Of a stretch of 64,000 nucleotides of DNA, positions 47,989 through 58,294 are shown piece by piece; positions within the stretch are counted from its first letter, which is position 1; each line of letters starts with the position of its first letter. Origin of the DNA: Bacteroidia bacterium (GTDB lineage: Bacteria > Bacteroidota > Bacteroidia > NS11-12g > UBA955). Location: positions 7,913-71,912 of the forward strand of contig CBFHXF010000005.1 of the NCBI GenBank assembly GCA_965659745.1. Direction: 5' to 3'. The notes below the pieces were generated by a model. That model saw only the letters and a list, made by a program, of their open reading frames with translations, did no database searches and was not told the DNA's origin. Made by a program: the position numbers and the translations under genes.

Positions 47989-50900
47989 TAGGTTTGAGGG
48001 CGTTTTTCCATTCGTTCAGCTCGTAAAGCCCTTGAAATACATCCGTAACCCCTCTTACCTCTACTATGAACGCTTTATCGGTTTGTTTGGCATTGTATTT
48101 ATTGGGATTTTGCGCCAACATGCCAATCAAGTAACTAAATGCTTCCGACTGGTATACCGCTGCACTGGATTCTCCGGGAAAGAAACACCGCATTTGTGAA
48201 GGCGTAAGTGCCACTTTTTCCAAGCCCAATTCCTTCGCCGCCCACTTCAATCGGACAGAATCTACCAAAGCCAATACTTCCTTAGGTGGTTTTCCAAAAC
48301 GGTCTTTCAGCTCCGATAAAAAGTCTCGCAATCCCAATTCGGTTTTTACATTCGATAATTCACTATATAAGCTGATCCGCTCGGATGTTTGTGTCACATA
48401 TTCCGACGGTATTAATATTTCGTAATACGTATCGATCTGACAATCTCGGCTCTCGATATTTTCTTGGGCATCCTCAAAAAGATTCTTAAATTCCTCTTTT
48501 TTCAATTCTTGAACGGCTTCATCCAAAATTTTGTGATACATATCAAAACCCATATCGGCAATGAATCCACTTTGTTCAGCCCCTAATAAATTTCCCGCTC
48601 CCCGAATATCTAAGTCGCGCATGGCCACTTGAAATCCACTTCCCAATTCAGAATATTCCTCCAAAGTTCGCAACCTTTTGCGTGAATCTTCTGGCAAGCC
48701 TGAAATCGGCGGACTCAATAAATAACAAAAGGCCTTCGTATTGCTCCGGCCCACACGGCCACGCATCTGATGTAAATCAGAAAGCCCAAACATGTGCGCA
48801 TTGTTAATAATAATCGTATTGGCATTGGGTATATCCAATCCGCTTTCAATGATACTGGTAGCTACCAAAACGTCGTATTCGCCTTCAATAAAGCGTACCA
48901 TCACATCTTCAAGCTTATGCCCTTCCATTTGACCGTGTGCCACGCAAACACGTGCTTCGGGCACTTCTCGCTCTATCATGGCGGCTAAATCGTAAATGTC
49001 TTTAATACGGGTGTGAACCACAAACGCTTGACCGCCTCGATTGATTTCGTCGGTAATGGCCTTTTGAATCGTATCCTTAGAAAATACCGCCAATTCGGTA
49101 TGTACCGGCTGTCTATTGGGTGGTGGAGTGTTGATAATACTTAAATCACGAGCCCCCATCAAACTGAAATGCAGCGTACGCGGTATCGGTGTGGCCGTTA
49201 GCGTGAGCGTATCTACATTTACCCGAATGCTCTTGAGCTTTTCCTTCGCTCCTACCCCAAATTTCTGCTCCTCATCGATGATCAAAAGCCCTAAATCTTT
49301 AAATTTTATGTCTTTTCCAATCAATCGGTGGGTACCAATAATAATATCTACTTCTCCACTTTCCAACTTACGAATTGTTTCTTTCTGATCCTTGGCAGAC
49401 TTGAACCGATTTAAATATTCAACATTTACGGGGAAGCCTTGGTAACGCTTGCGAAAACTTCGATAATGTTGCTGGGCCAAAATAGTCGTAGGCACTAAAA
49501 CCGCCACCTGCTTAGAATCGCAAACCGCTTTAAACGCAGCCCGCATGGCTACTTCCGTTTTGCCAAATCCCACATCGCCACAAACCAAACGGTCCATGGG
49601 TTGCTCGTTTTCCATGTCTTTCTTTACCGCATCAATCGCTTTCCCCTGATCCGGAGTATCCTCATAGAAAAAGGACGCTTCCAATTCCATTTGCAAGTAA
49701 TTATCTGCAGAAAATGCAAAACCTTTTTCCTTTTTTCGCTGTGCATACAGTTGTATCAGCTCACGGGCAATATCCTTAACCTTTTTCTTAGTCGTTCTTT
49801 TTTGCTTCTCCCAAGCCCCAGAGCCCAATTTATGTAGCGTAGGTTGGGTTCCATCTTTGCCGCTGTATTTGCTTACTTTATGAAGGCTATTTACCGAAAC
49901 ATAAAGCAAATCATTATCTCTGTATACAATTCTCAACGCCTCTTGCTTTACCCCATTCACATCCATTGTTTCCAAACCGGCAAACTTTCCAATGCCGTGA
50001 TCGATATGGGTAATAAAGTCGCCCGGTTTTAAATTTCGTAATTCCCTTAAAGAAATAGATGCACTGCCCGAGTGACTGTCGCGCGATTTAGGCTTGTAAT
50101 ATTTGTCGAAAAGCTGGTGTTCGGTGATACATGCGAGTTTGCTTTCGTGATCTACAAATCCACTTGAAAGTCCAACATACACCGGAGAAAACAACTCGTC
50201 CATTTGCTGTTCTTTCAACAACACCTGCAAACGTTCGATTTGCCGATTGTTATCGCTAAACACCAAGGTAGTATACTTTTTTTGTTTGTACTCCAGCAAC
50301 CACTGTTGCAACAGCTCCATATTCCGTTTGAAAATAGGCTGCGGCTCTTGTTCAAAGCTCACGGTATCGTGCGCGGCATCGGGCTTGTCTCCCCCAAATT
50401 GGATTTTTTTAAAGGGATCCGACATTTCTTGAAACTCCTTAGGGGTTAACCAAACCTCTTTGGGATGTTTCCCCTGATACTCTATGCCGTCAGACTTTGA
50501 TTGGTGGTAATTTTGCAAAGCGAATTCCCACATTTTCACCAATTCCTCAAACTGCAGTCCTGGTTCTATCCAATATAACAACGCATCCGAATCAAAATAA
50601 CTCAAAATCGGCGTGTGTTTTATTTGTTGTTGGCTCACCTTAGGTACCAAAGAAAAATGGGCCATTTCCTTTATCGATAGCTGGGTATTTACGTCAAACG
50701 CCCTGATATTATCAATAATATCACCATCTAATTCCAATCGAAACGGATATTCATGAGCAAAAGAAAATAAATCCAATATGCCTCCACGAATACTGAATTG
50801 CCCGGGCTCCATTACAAAATCTTCCCGTTCAAAACCGTTGTCGTATAAAAATTCAGTTAAAAAATCTATATCCAGATTTTGTCCGGTACTAATTTCAAAG

Positions 50901-51319
50901 GTATTACTTTCCAAATCCGCCTTTTCAACCACATGTTCGGCCAAAGCACTTCCGTAAGTAACCACCACCCGTCTTGGATTTTTGCGCAAGGCATTGAGCG
51001 TTTCAATGCGCTCTTGCACATGCATAGCATGTTCGCGATCGGAACGGTAGGCCTTCACAAAAGAATCCGGCAAAAAGAAAATAGGCTGACCGGGAAGTAA
51101 ATTCTCGAGATCGGATTTGATGTATTGCGCCTCCTCTTTATTAGGAGCCACGACCATCAACGGCCGTTGATTTTGAGCAAAAACAGTAGCCATAAGTAAA
51201 GACCTACCCGAACCGTATAGTCCTTTGGTGAAAATCCACTTATTGCCATTAAGGTGCCCTAAAAAATCCTGTGTTGCTTCAATTTTAGATTGATGCAATA
51301 AAATATCTCGAGTATTCAT
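47969..51319 (-). CDS. mfd: Transcription-repair coupling factor
   Basis: 1116 aa. Has a UvrB-homology N-terminus, a CarD-like domain, SF2 helicase motifs (GDVGFGKTEV, DEEQKFG) and a TRG motif region. Confidence 0.96.
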   Translation of the reverse strand: MNTRDILLHQSKIEATQDFLGHLNGNKWIFTKGLYGSGRSLLMATVFAQNQRPLMVVAPNKEEAQYIKSDLENLLPGQPIFFLPDSFVKAYRSDREHAMHVQERIETLNALRKNPRRVVVTYGSALAEHVVEKADLESNTFEISTGQNLDIDFLTEFLYDNGFEREDFVMEPGQFSIRGGILDLFSFAHEYPFRLELDGDIIDNIRAFDVNTQLSIKEMAHFSLVPKVSQQQIKHTPILSYFDSDALLYWIEPGLQFEELVKMWEFALQNYHQSKSDGIEYQGKHPKEVWLTPKEFQEMSDPFKKIQFGGDKPDAAHDTVSFEQEPQPIFKRNMELLQQWLLEYKQKKYTTLVFSDNNRQIERLQVLLKEQQMDELFSPVYVGLSSGFVDHESKLACITEHQLFDKYYKPKSRDSHSGSASISLRELRNLKPGDFITHIDHGIGKFAGLETMDVNGVKQEALRIVYRDNDLLYVSVNSLHKVSKYSGKDGTQPTLHKLGSGAWEKQKRTTKKKVKDIARELIQLYAQRKKEKGFAFSADNYLQMELEASFFYEDTPDQGKAIDAVKKDMENEQPMDRLVCGDVGFGKTEVAMRAAFKAVCDSKQVAVLVPTTILAQQHYRSFRKRYQGFPVNVEYLNRFKSAKDQKETIRKLESGEVDIIIGTHRLIGKDIKFKDLGLLIIDEEQKFGVGAKEKLKSIRVNVDTLTLTATPIPRTLHFSLMGARDLSIINTPPPNRQPVHTELAVFSKDTIQKAITDEINRGGQAFVVHTRIKDIYDLAAMIEREVPEARVCVAHGQMEGHKLEDVMVRFIEGEYDVLVATSIIESGLDIPNANTIIINNAHMFGLSDLHQMRGRVGRSNTKAFCYLLSPPISGLPEDSRKRLRTLEEYSELGSGFQVAMRDLDIRGAGNLLGAEQSGFIADMGFDMYHKILDEAVQELKKEEFKNLFEDAQENIESRDCQIDTYYEILIPSEYVTQTSERISLYSELSNVKTELGLRDFLSELKDRFGKPPKEVLALVDSVRLKWAAKELGLEKVALTPSQMRCFFPGESSAAVYQSEAFSYLIGMLAQNPNKYNAKQTDKAFIVEVRGVTDVFQGLYELNEWKNALKPNAETHA

Positions 51320-51364
51320 AAACCGCTCCGCTTATAAGGAAACCCTTAAAAGCCCAAAAGAGTT

Positions 51365-52321
51365 TTACTTTTTGCGAGAAATTGCTCTCTCTGCCGCTGC
51401 TGTGATATCGGTATGGTCTAAGCCGTACTTTACCAATAGCTCATCGGGCGTTCCGCTTTCACCAAAAGAATCGTTAACCGCCACCATTTCTAGAGGAGTT
51501 GGCATTTTTCGTGCCAATAACTGGGCAATAGAATCGCCCAAACCTCCATTCATTTGGTGTTCTTCTGCCGTTACCACACAACCAGTTTTCTTGGCCGAAT
51601 TAATAACCGCTTCAACATCAAGTGGTTTAATAGTATGAATATTGATAATTTCCGCTGAAATTCCTTTTTCTGCCAATTGATGACCGGCTTGAATGGCTTT
51701 CCATACCAAATGTCCGGTGGCAAAAATGCTCACGTCCGTACCTTCGTTCAACATCAACGCCTTACCAATTTCAAAAGGGGTATCTTCACTGATAAACACA
51801 GGCCATTTGGGTCTTCCAAAGCGCAAATAGACAGGACCAAAATATTTAGCAATAGCGATAGTCGCTGCCTTAGTTTGATTATAATCACATGGATTTATAA
51901 CCACCATTCCGGGCAACATTTTCATCAATCCGATGTCTTCTAAGATTTGGTGAGTGGCACCGTCTTCCCCTAAGGTTAAGCCTGCATGCGACGCACAAAT
52001 TTTAACGTTGGCATGACTATAGGCAATGCTTTGGCGTATTTGGTCGTACACACGACCGGTTGAAAAGTTGGCAAAAGTTCCGGTAAAAGGAATCTTTCCT
52101 CCTAAAGCCATACCGGCCGCAACTCCCATCATATTCGCTTCCATTATGCCCGCTTGAAAAAAGCGGTCGGGAAATTCATCCTTAAACAAATTCATCACGA
52201 GCGATCCGGTTAAATCGGCACACATGGCCACTACCCGAGGATCTTGTTTTCCGATTTCTAACAAACCGGCGCCAAAGCCGCTGCGCGTGTCTTTGTTGTC
52301 CAATATTTCAAAAGATTTCAT
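51365..52321 (-). CDS. Transketolase, C-terminal (pyrimidine-binding + C-terminal domain) subunit
   Basis: 318 aa. GIMEANMMGVAAGMA.. is typical of the split transketolase B chain. Confidence 0.9.
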   Translation of the reverse strand: MKSFEILDNKDTRSGFGAGLLEIGKQDPRVVAMCADLTGSLVMNLFKDEFPDRFFQAGIMEANMMGVAAGMALGGKIPFTGTFANFSTGRVYDQIRQSIAYSHANVKICASHAGLTLGEDGATHQILEDIGLMKMLPGMVVINPCDYNQTKAATIAIAKYFGPVYLRFGRPKWPVFISEDTPFEIGKALMLNEGTDVSIFATGHLVWKAIQAGHQLAEKGISAEIINIHTIKPLDVEAVINSAKKTGCVVTAEEHQMNGGLGDSIAQLLARKMPTPLEMVAVNDSFGESGTPDELLVKYGLDHTDITAAAERAISRKK

Positions 52322-52326
52322 AGAGT

Positions 52327-53709
52327 TTATAATGCAATCGTTGTGTTGATTCCGCTGGAAATAGTAAAAGGTAAATTTTTGGTGTAAAGGGTCCGGGTTT
52401 CGCTCTTCAATCTATAAACGACCGAATAATTACCGGGCTGCATGATAATTTCATGCCTTCCCGCTACAGACGGAATGTCCTTTACCCAGATCATCTTTCC
52501 ATCTTTTTCCTCAAAAATAGAGCCCGATAAATCGCGACCCGTTTTCAAGGAAAGCATACCCGGAGAGGGTATTTCTATAATGCGGGTTTTATTTTGAGAA
52601 ATCGTAATATTCTTAAAATGCAATCGCGGGGTACTTAAAATTTCAATATCGTAGGAACCCGTAATATACTTTTGCTTGGTATTAAATCCTTGGTGATGCA
52701 CGGTTGCCATATTGCCGCTTTGGCGCACAATGGCATGCAGCTCCTTATAATTGGTAATTCCACCGATTTTCAAATGCAAATCTCCTCTTGGAGTAGAGGC
52801 CGCCAAAGTATTGTGCCTGCCTGGGATTACTTCAAAATTCTTTTTTTCTACCGGGGGAAGCGTATGAACGACCATGTCATAACGTCGCAATGGATCCAAA
52901 TAAAGGGTATCTGGAATTCCTTTTCCGTTCATGGTATGCACCACGTGTTCCACCAAATTGCCGTTATCCGAATCGTACAAACTTACCGGAACATCGGTTT
53001 CTGTAGGCCTGCCTTGATCGTCTAACAGGTTCATTTGAACCGACGTATTATTCAATACTTGCTTAACGATGACTCCAATAATTTTATTGAATTGATCTAT
53101 CCCCTCGGCATTGTAATAGGTACCTGCACACGAATAATTCTTTCTAAAGGATTCTGCATCGGTGCCCATTCCTACAATAAAAGGCCTTAAAATAATGCCC
53201 TTTTTCTGTAATAAAGCACTTACTTCACACGGATCACCCGGACATTCTTCTACGCCGTCGGTGATGATGATAATCACGTTTCGGGCCGTTTTGTCTTTGG
53301 GAAAATCGCTTTCTGTAGCCAACAAAGACTGTGTGATAGACGTGTAACCTAAAGGCTTTAACCCGCGCAGGGTTTGTCGAAATTGCTTGTGGTTGTAAGC
53401 CGAAAAAGGCACTTCTAACTTGGTATCGTTGCAATCTCGCAACGAATTGGGTTTGTTATGTCCGAATACCCGCAATCCGATTTCTACATCTTGAACTTGC
53501 CTGAGAGAATCGGCCATATTCGACAATAAAGTTACGGCCACTGCCCAGCGGTTTACGTCTTCCATCTCGGCTAACATGCTCCCACTGGCGTCCAATAAGA
53601 AAAGTATGCGCGTTTTTCTGCCTTCAAAGGCATTTATAATTTGGGCTTGCGTGAATTGGCTTCCCCAGATAAAAATAAAAAGAAACGCGATTTTTCTCAT
53701 TGATTCCAA
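52327..53709 (-). CDS. Secreted von Willebrand factor A domain protein with beta-sandwich C-terminal region
   Basis: Signal peptide (..FTQAQ). MIDAS motif LLDASGSM, then ..TSIT.., then IIIITDGVE. The C-terminal ~250 aa are beta-rich. Confidence 0.8.
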   Translation of the reverse strand: MESMRKIAFLFIFIWGSQFTQAQIINAFEGRKTRILFLLDASGSMLAEMEDVNRWAVAVTLLSNMADSLRQVQDVEIGLRVFGHNKPNSLRDCNDTKLEVPFSAYNHKQFRQTLRGLKPLGYTSITQSLLATESDFPKDKTARNVIIIITDGVEECPGDPCEVSALLQKKGIILRPFIVGMGTDAESFRKNYSCAGTYYNAEGIDQFNKIIGVIVKQVLNNTSVQMNLLDDQGRPTETDVPVSLYDSDNGNLVEHVVHTMNGKGIPDTLYLDPLRRYDMVVHTLPPVEKKNFEVIPGRHNTLAASTPRGDLHLKIGGITNYKELHAIVRQSGNMATVHHQGFNTKQKYITGSYDIEILSTPRLHFKNITISQNKTRIIEIPSPGMLSLKTGRDLSGSIFEEKDGKMIWVKDIPSVAGRHEIIMQPGNYSVVYRLKSETRTLYTKNLPFTISSGINTTIAL

Positions 53710-53712
53710 GTA

Positions 53713-54561
53713 TTAATAGTCGCCGTATTGGGTTTCAGGCAACTGAGTCAACGCCTTGGCCAACTGATCGTCGTTGGGCGCTTTCCCATGCCATGCATGC
53801 GAACCCATCATAAAATCAACGCCTTGACCCATTTCCGTTTTCATGATAATGACCACGGGCTTGCCGCAACCCAACTGATTTTGGGCCTGAGGTAAAATAC
53901 GGTGTATTTCATCCCAATTGTTACCGTCCATCTCAACGGTAATCCAACCGAATGCGCGGAATTTTGATACCAACTCGGTAATTCCCATCACCTCTTCGGT
54001 GCTGCCGTCAATTTGCTGTAAATTGAAATCAACCGCCACCAATAGATTATCTACTTTATTATGAGCCGCAAACATAACGGCTTCCCAGATTTGGCCTTCT
54101 TGCAATTCGCCATCGCCGGTCAACGCCCATACGGTGCTGCTGTCGTTGTCTAACTTCTTTTGCATGGCAAAACCTATTGCCACACTCAATCCTTGTCCTA
54201 AAGAGCCTGTAGCCACACGCACCCCTGGCAACCCTTCGTGGGTAGTAGGGTGACCTTGTAAGCGGGTGTTCAATTTACGGAATGTGGCCATTTCTTCCGT
54301 GGGAAAATATCCAGAACGCGCCAAAACGCTGTAAAAAACCGGAGATATATGGCCGTTGCTCATTACGAAAACATCCTCACCGTTACCGTGTCCGGTAAAG
54401 TTGCTTGGATCGTGTTTCATATAGTGAAAATACAGTGCCGTAAGGTAATCGGCGCACCCTAAAGAACCTCCTGGGTGACCGCTGTTAACGGCGTGTACCA
54501 TACGTAGAATGTCGCGACGCACTTGACGTGCAATTTCAGGTAGTAAGTTTATGTCAGCCAT
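53713..54561 (-). CDS. Transketolase, N-terminal (TPP-binding) subunit
   Basis: 282 aa. SGHPGGSLG, GSLGQGLS and LTGDGELQEGQ motifs. Confidence 0.92.
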   Translation of the reverse strand: MADINLLPEIARQVRRDILRMVHAVNSGHPGGSLGCADYLTALYFHYMKHDPSNFTGHGNGEDVFVMSNGHISPVFYSVLARSGYFPTEEMATFRKLNTRLQGHPTTHEGLPGVRVATGSLGQGLSVAIGFAMQKKLDNDSSTVWALTGDGELQEGQIWEAVMFAAHNKVDNLLVAVDFNLQQIDGSTEEVMGITELVSKFRAFGWITVEMDGNNWDEIHRILPQAQNQLGCGKPVVIIMKTEMGQGVDFMMGSHAWHGKAPNDDQLAKALTQLPETQYGDY

Positions 54562-54592
54562 AAAGGGGCAAAGTTAAGGGTTTCGTTTTTAA

Positions 54593-55927
54593 TTAAACGA
54601 TTTTTACCCCACCAAAATTGCCCGAGCTCATCCACAGGGAAACAATTTTACGCTCTTGCGCTTGTGAACCCGCCCGCCATTCCTTTAAAGCGCTTTCCAA
54701 AGCCTTTGGATCGCTGAATAATACCACATTACCCAATCTTTTTTGCATTTCCTCTGCACTCGGAATGGGCATGCGTTTCAATTCGAAAACATGCGGATCG
54801 TACAACACCCAAGCCGCATCGGCGGCATCAAAAAGTCCCTTATACCCTTCCATAAAATCGGGCTGCAAACTAGAATAGGTGTGCAACTCAAATACCGATA
54901 AAAAGTATCTCTGGGGAAATTGATCGCGAACGGCGTTAACCGTCGCTGCCGCTTTAGAAGGCGCATGGGCAAAATCGCGAAAAACAATTTCCTTCTCGCC
55001 CTCTGCAATGCATTCCAAACGCTTGGAAGTACCCGGAAAATCAGACAAATGCGACCATGCCACAGCGCGATCGATGCCCAGCTGTACGGCCAATTCCACC
55101 ACTCCACAGGCATTTTCGATATTGTGTTTACCGAAAAACGGCAGTTGCTGCTGTTCTTTGGTTTCCCAAAATAAAAGAGTGCCCGAACCGTTGGATTCGA
55201 AGCGGGGGGCCGCATAGGCCAACGCATTGTGGTGCGTTTGGCAAAGTTCACCCAAACGTGAATCTCCGCTGTAATACACGCAGGTATCTTGAATTTGAGC
55301 AATGAATTTTGAAAACGTATCCTCGTAAGATTCTAAAGTTGGAAATACATTCACATGATCCCACGCAATGCCCGTAATCATGGCATGATGCGGCTGGTAG
55401 TGTAAAAATTTGGATCGTGAATCGATAGGCGAACTTAAATATTCATCTCCTTCTATAATGATGAGGGGGGCATCCGATAAACGCACCATCCGTTCGTAAC
55501 CTGTTATTAAAGATCCCACCAGATAATCAAAGGCACGGCCTTCCTTCTTTAATATATGCATGAGCATGGCGGTGCTGGTGGTTTTGCCGTGACTTCCGGC
55601 CAATACTACCCGTGTTTTATTTCGGGCGTGTTCGTAAACATATGCGGGAAATGAAAATATTGGCAATCCTAATTTTTGCGCTTTTTGCAACTCCGGATTG
55701 TCGGGTTTGGCATGCATGCCTAAAATTATGGCATCAATATTACTTGCAATTTTTTCGGGAAACCAACCGAAAGCCTCCGGCATCAATCCCGCAGCGCTTA
55801 ATCGAGAAGCCGCAGGGTCGAAGATCTCGTCGTCACTGCCACTTACTGTATGTCCTAACGCATGTAATTCTAATGCTAAATTGTGCATTACGGCTCCGCC
55901 GATTGCAATAAAATGATACTGACTCAC
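54593..55927 (-). CDS. mpl: UDP-N-acetylmuramate:L-alanyl-gamma-D-glutamyl-meso-DAP ligase-like Mur ligase
   Basis: YHFIAIGGAVMHNLAL.. N-terminus and P-loop AGSHGKTTST. 444 aa, which is Mpl-sized. Confidence 0.8.
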   Translation of the reverse strand: MSQYHFIAIGGAVMHNLALELHALGHTVSGSDDEIFDPAASRLSAAGLMPEAFGWFPEKIASNIDAIILGMHAKPDNPELQKAQKLGLPIFSFPAYVYEHARNKTRVVLAGSHGKTTSTAMLMHILKKEGRAFDYLVGSLITGYERMVRLSDAPLIIIEGDEYLSSPIDSRSKFLHYQPHHAMITGIAWDHVNVFPTLESYEDTFSKFIAQIQDTCVYYSGDSRLGELCQTHHNALAYAAPRFESNGSGTLLFWETKEQQQLPFFGKHNIENACGVVELAVQLGIDRAVAWSHLSDFPGTSKRLECIAEGEKEIVFRDFAHAPSKAAATVNAVRDQFPQRYFLSVFELHTYSSLQPDFMEGYKGLFDAADAAWVLYDPHVFELKRMPIPSAEEMQKRLGNVVLFSDPKALESALKEWRAGSQAQERKIVSLWMSSGNFGGVKIV

Positions 55928-55983
55928 AACACGAATCTACGAATCCCTATGAAATCCATAACAAAAATTGTGCTTATTTTTTG

Positions 55984-55991
55984 TAGTTTTG
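55984..55991 (+). promoter_or_regulatory. Candidate -7 promoter box (TAGTTTTG) upstream of etfB
   Basis: Fits TAnnTTTG and ends 21 nt before the etfB ATG. The nearest upstream TTG (55967-55969) is closer than the usual spacing. Confidence 0.35.
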
Positions 55992-56012
55992 CGCTTAAAT
56001 CGTAGGAACGCA

Positions 56013-56744
56013 ATGAAAGTATTAGTTTGCATGAGTGTGGTTCCAGACACTACCACCAAAATCGTATTTACCGAAAACAATACCCAGTTCAATAAAGACG
56101 GGGTACAATTCATCATAAATCCTTATGACGAACTCGCTATAACCCGTGGACTTGAATTGGCGGAAGCCAATAGTGGTTCGGTTACCGTGGTTCACGTAGG
56201 TCCTGCCGAAAACGAAGCCAGCATCCGCAAAGCCTTAAGTATGGGCGTTAACGAAGCCATTCGTATTGACGCACCGGCGCACGATGCCCAATTTGTGGCC
56301 GAACAAATTGCCGAAATTGCACAAGGTTACGATTTAATATTAACCGGAAGAGAAAGCATCGACTACAACGGTGGTGCCGTTTGTGGTTTGTTAGGAGCCC
56401 TATTGAATATTCCTTCTGTTAATGTAGTTACCGAAATCAATTATGCAGATGGAACATTCAGTTTCACCCGCGACATCGATGGTGGCCGTGAAATGTTGAG
56501 CTGTAAAGGTCCTGTAGTGGCCTCAGCCCAAAAAGATTTATGCGAGCCTCGTATTCCTAATATGAGAGGAATCATGGCCGCGCGTACCAAACCGCTTCAA
56601 GTGGTGGCCGCCAAAGAAACCACCCCTGCCTCTCAATACGTGGCTTACGAATCGCCCGCTCCCAAAAGCGGTGTGAAGTTAATCGATCCAAGCAACGCCC
56701 AAGAGTTAATTCATATTTTACGTAACGAACTAAAAGTAATCTAA
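56013..56744 (+). CDS. etfB: Electron transfer flavoprotein beta subunit
   Basis: Start MKVLVCMSVVPDTTTKI. Standard EtfB length (243 aa) and motifs. Confidence 0.92.
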   Translation: MKVLVCMSVVPDTTTKIVFTENNTQFNKDGVQFIINPYDELAITRGLELAEANSGSVTVVHVGPAENEASIRKALSMGVNEAIRIDAPAHDAQFVAEQIAEIAQGYDLILTGRESIDYNGGAVCGLLGALLNIPSVNVVTEINYADGTFSFTRDIDGGREMLSCKGPVVASAQKDLCEPRIPNMRGIMAARTKPLQVVAAKETTPASQYVAYESPAPKSGVKLIDPSNAQELIHILRNELKVI

Positions 56745-56745
56745 T

Positions 56746-57687
56746 ATGTCAGTAATCGTTTTTACCGAAATCGACAATCAACAGTACAAGAAATCGTCGT
56801 TGGAAGCCATTTCCTACGGAAAAAAAGTAGCTCAAAGCCTCGGACTTTCTTGTATCGCATTGAGTTTAGATACCCTTAGCGACACCGCGTCTTTAGGAAA
56901 ATACGGTGCCGATCGCGTAGTAAGCTTAGGCCATAATGCCGCTTTTACCAGCGATAATAGTGCGCAGCTCATTGCCGACGCTTGCAAACAGTTAGGCGCT
57001 CAAGTAGTGGTTATTTCCAACACCTACACCGGCAAATCTATGGCTCCACGCTTGGCAGTAGCGCTAGATGCCTCTTTGGCCACTAACGTTATTTCATTGC
57101 CCGATACCAGCGCAGGCTTTAAAGTGAAGCGCGGGGTATTTTCAGGTAAAGCATTCGCGTATACCGATTTGAATAAAGCTACCAAAATATTGGCCATTAC
57201 CCCCAATACATTCGATATTGATGCATCCGGAAGTGATGTTACTCCAGAAACCCTATCGGTAGCTGCTGAGGCGTCAAAAATTTCCATCGATAAATCAGAT
57301 AAAGTAGTGGGTAAAGTGCCTTTAACCGAAGCAGAAATTGTGGTTTCGGCCGGTAGGGGGATGAAAGGACCTGAAAATTGGAATATGGTAGAGGAATTGG
57401 CCGATTTAATGGGTGCCGCTACGGCATGTTCTAAGCCCGTTAGTGATATGGGATGGAGGCCACATGCGGAGCACGTTGGACAAACAGGTATAACTATTAA
57501 GCCCAACTTATATGTGGCTATTGGCATTTCTGGTGCCATTCAACACTTAGCCGGTGTGAGTTCCAGTAAAACCATTGTAGCCATTAATAAAGATCCAGAA
57601 GCGCCTTTTTTCAAAGCTGCCGATTATGGAATCGTGGGCGATGCCTTTGACGTATTGCCGCAACTCATAAACGCTCTAAAAAATTAA
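56746..57687 (+). CDS. etfA: Electron transfer flavoprotein alpha subunit
   Basis: C-terminal FAD-binding motif (VAIGISGAIQHLAG, IVAINKDPEAPFF). Confidence 0.93.
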   Translation: MSVIVFTEIDNQQYKKSSLEAISYGKKVAQSLGLSCIALSLDTLSDTASLGKYGADRVVSLGHNAAFTSDNSAQLIADACKQLGAQVVVISNTYTGKSMAPRLAVALDASLATNVISLPDTSAGFKVKRGVFSGKAFAYTDLNKATKILAITPNTFDIDASGSDVTPETLSVAAEASKISIDKSDKVVGKVPLTEAEIVVSAGRGMKGPENWNMVEELADLMGAATACSKPVSDMGWRPHAEHVGQTGITIKPNLYVAIGISGAIQHLAGVSSSKTIVAINKDPEAPFFKAADYGIVGDAFDVLPQLINALKN

Positions 57688-57688
57688 T

Positions 57689-58294
57689 ATGTCGCGCAGG
57701 GTTGAGGTATTCATAAAAAACATTTTACCGGCGCATTCCCACGGTGCTTACACCGTTGTACTGCACAACCCTGTGTCTAAAGTGCAATTGCCTGTGCTCA
57801 TTGGCGCTATAGAGGCACAATCGATAGCCATGGAATTGGAGGGTTTGGAATCGTCGCGACCCCTAACCCACGATTTGTTCCTTACCACTCTTCAGAAATT
57901 CAATATCGCCATTAAAGATGTATGCGTTGAGCGTTTATCAGAAGGTATTTATTATTCTACCATTTATTTTAAGAGTGATTTAGGTGAAATTGGTATCGAT
58001 TCAAGGACTTCCGACGCCATTGCGATGGCCATGAAGTTCAAAGCGCCTATTTACGTATACCAAGAAATTATCGACGAAGCGGGTTATACCGAAGAAGACA
58101 GCGACGACGATATTTTGAAACCGGGAAGAGGTAATGAAGAAGGATTCCAACCACAAACCCATATCCCAGAAGAGTCTGCTCCTTTTGCCGAATTTGATTT
58201 AGAAGAACTCGATAATTTACTTCAAGAAGCCATTTCGGTAGAAGATTATGTGAGAGCTGCCCGAATTCGAGACGAAATCGCCAAACGCAAGTAA
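57689..58294 (+). CDS. Bifunctional nuclease family protein (DUF151) with C-terminal UVR motif
   Basis: N-terminal DUF151 pattern (LPVLIGAIEAQSIA..., RPLTHDL, DSRTSDAIAMA). C-terminus EDYVRAARIRDEIAKRK is UvrB/C-like. Confidence 0.75.
   Translation: MSRRVEVFIKNILPAHSHGAYTVVLHNPVSKVQLPVLIGAIEAQSIAMELEGLESSRPLTHDLFLTTLQKFNIAIKDVCVERLSEGIYYSTIYFKSDLGEIGIDSRTSDAIAMAMKFKAPIYVYQEIIDEAGYTEEDSDDDILKPGRGNEEGFQPQTHIPEESAPFAEFDLEELDNLLQEAISVEDYVRAARIRDEIAKRK

Noticed and set aside
54778-55302. 174-aa minus-strand ORF, plus several 69-99-aa ORFs in other frames and on the opposite strand, inside mpl.
   Set aside because: All lie inside the well-supported Mur-ligase reading frame and are Arg/Pro/Ala/Cys-rich. 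They are best explained by locally high GC removing stop codons.
57024-57539. 171-aa ORF antisense to etfA.
   Set aside because: It is a shadow ORF within a highly conserved gene, with Ala/Ser/Pro-rich composition and no motifs.
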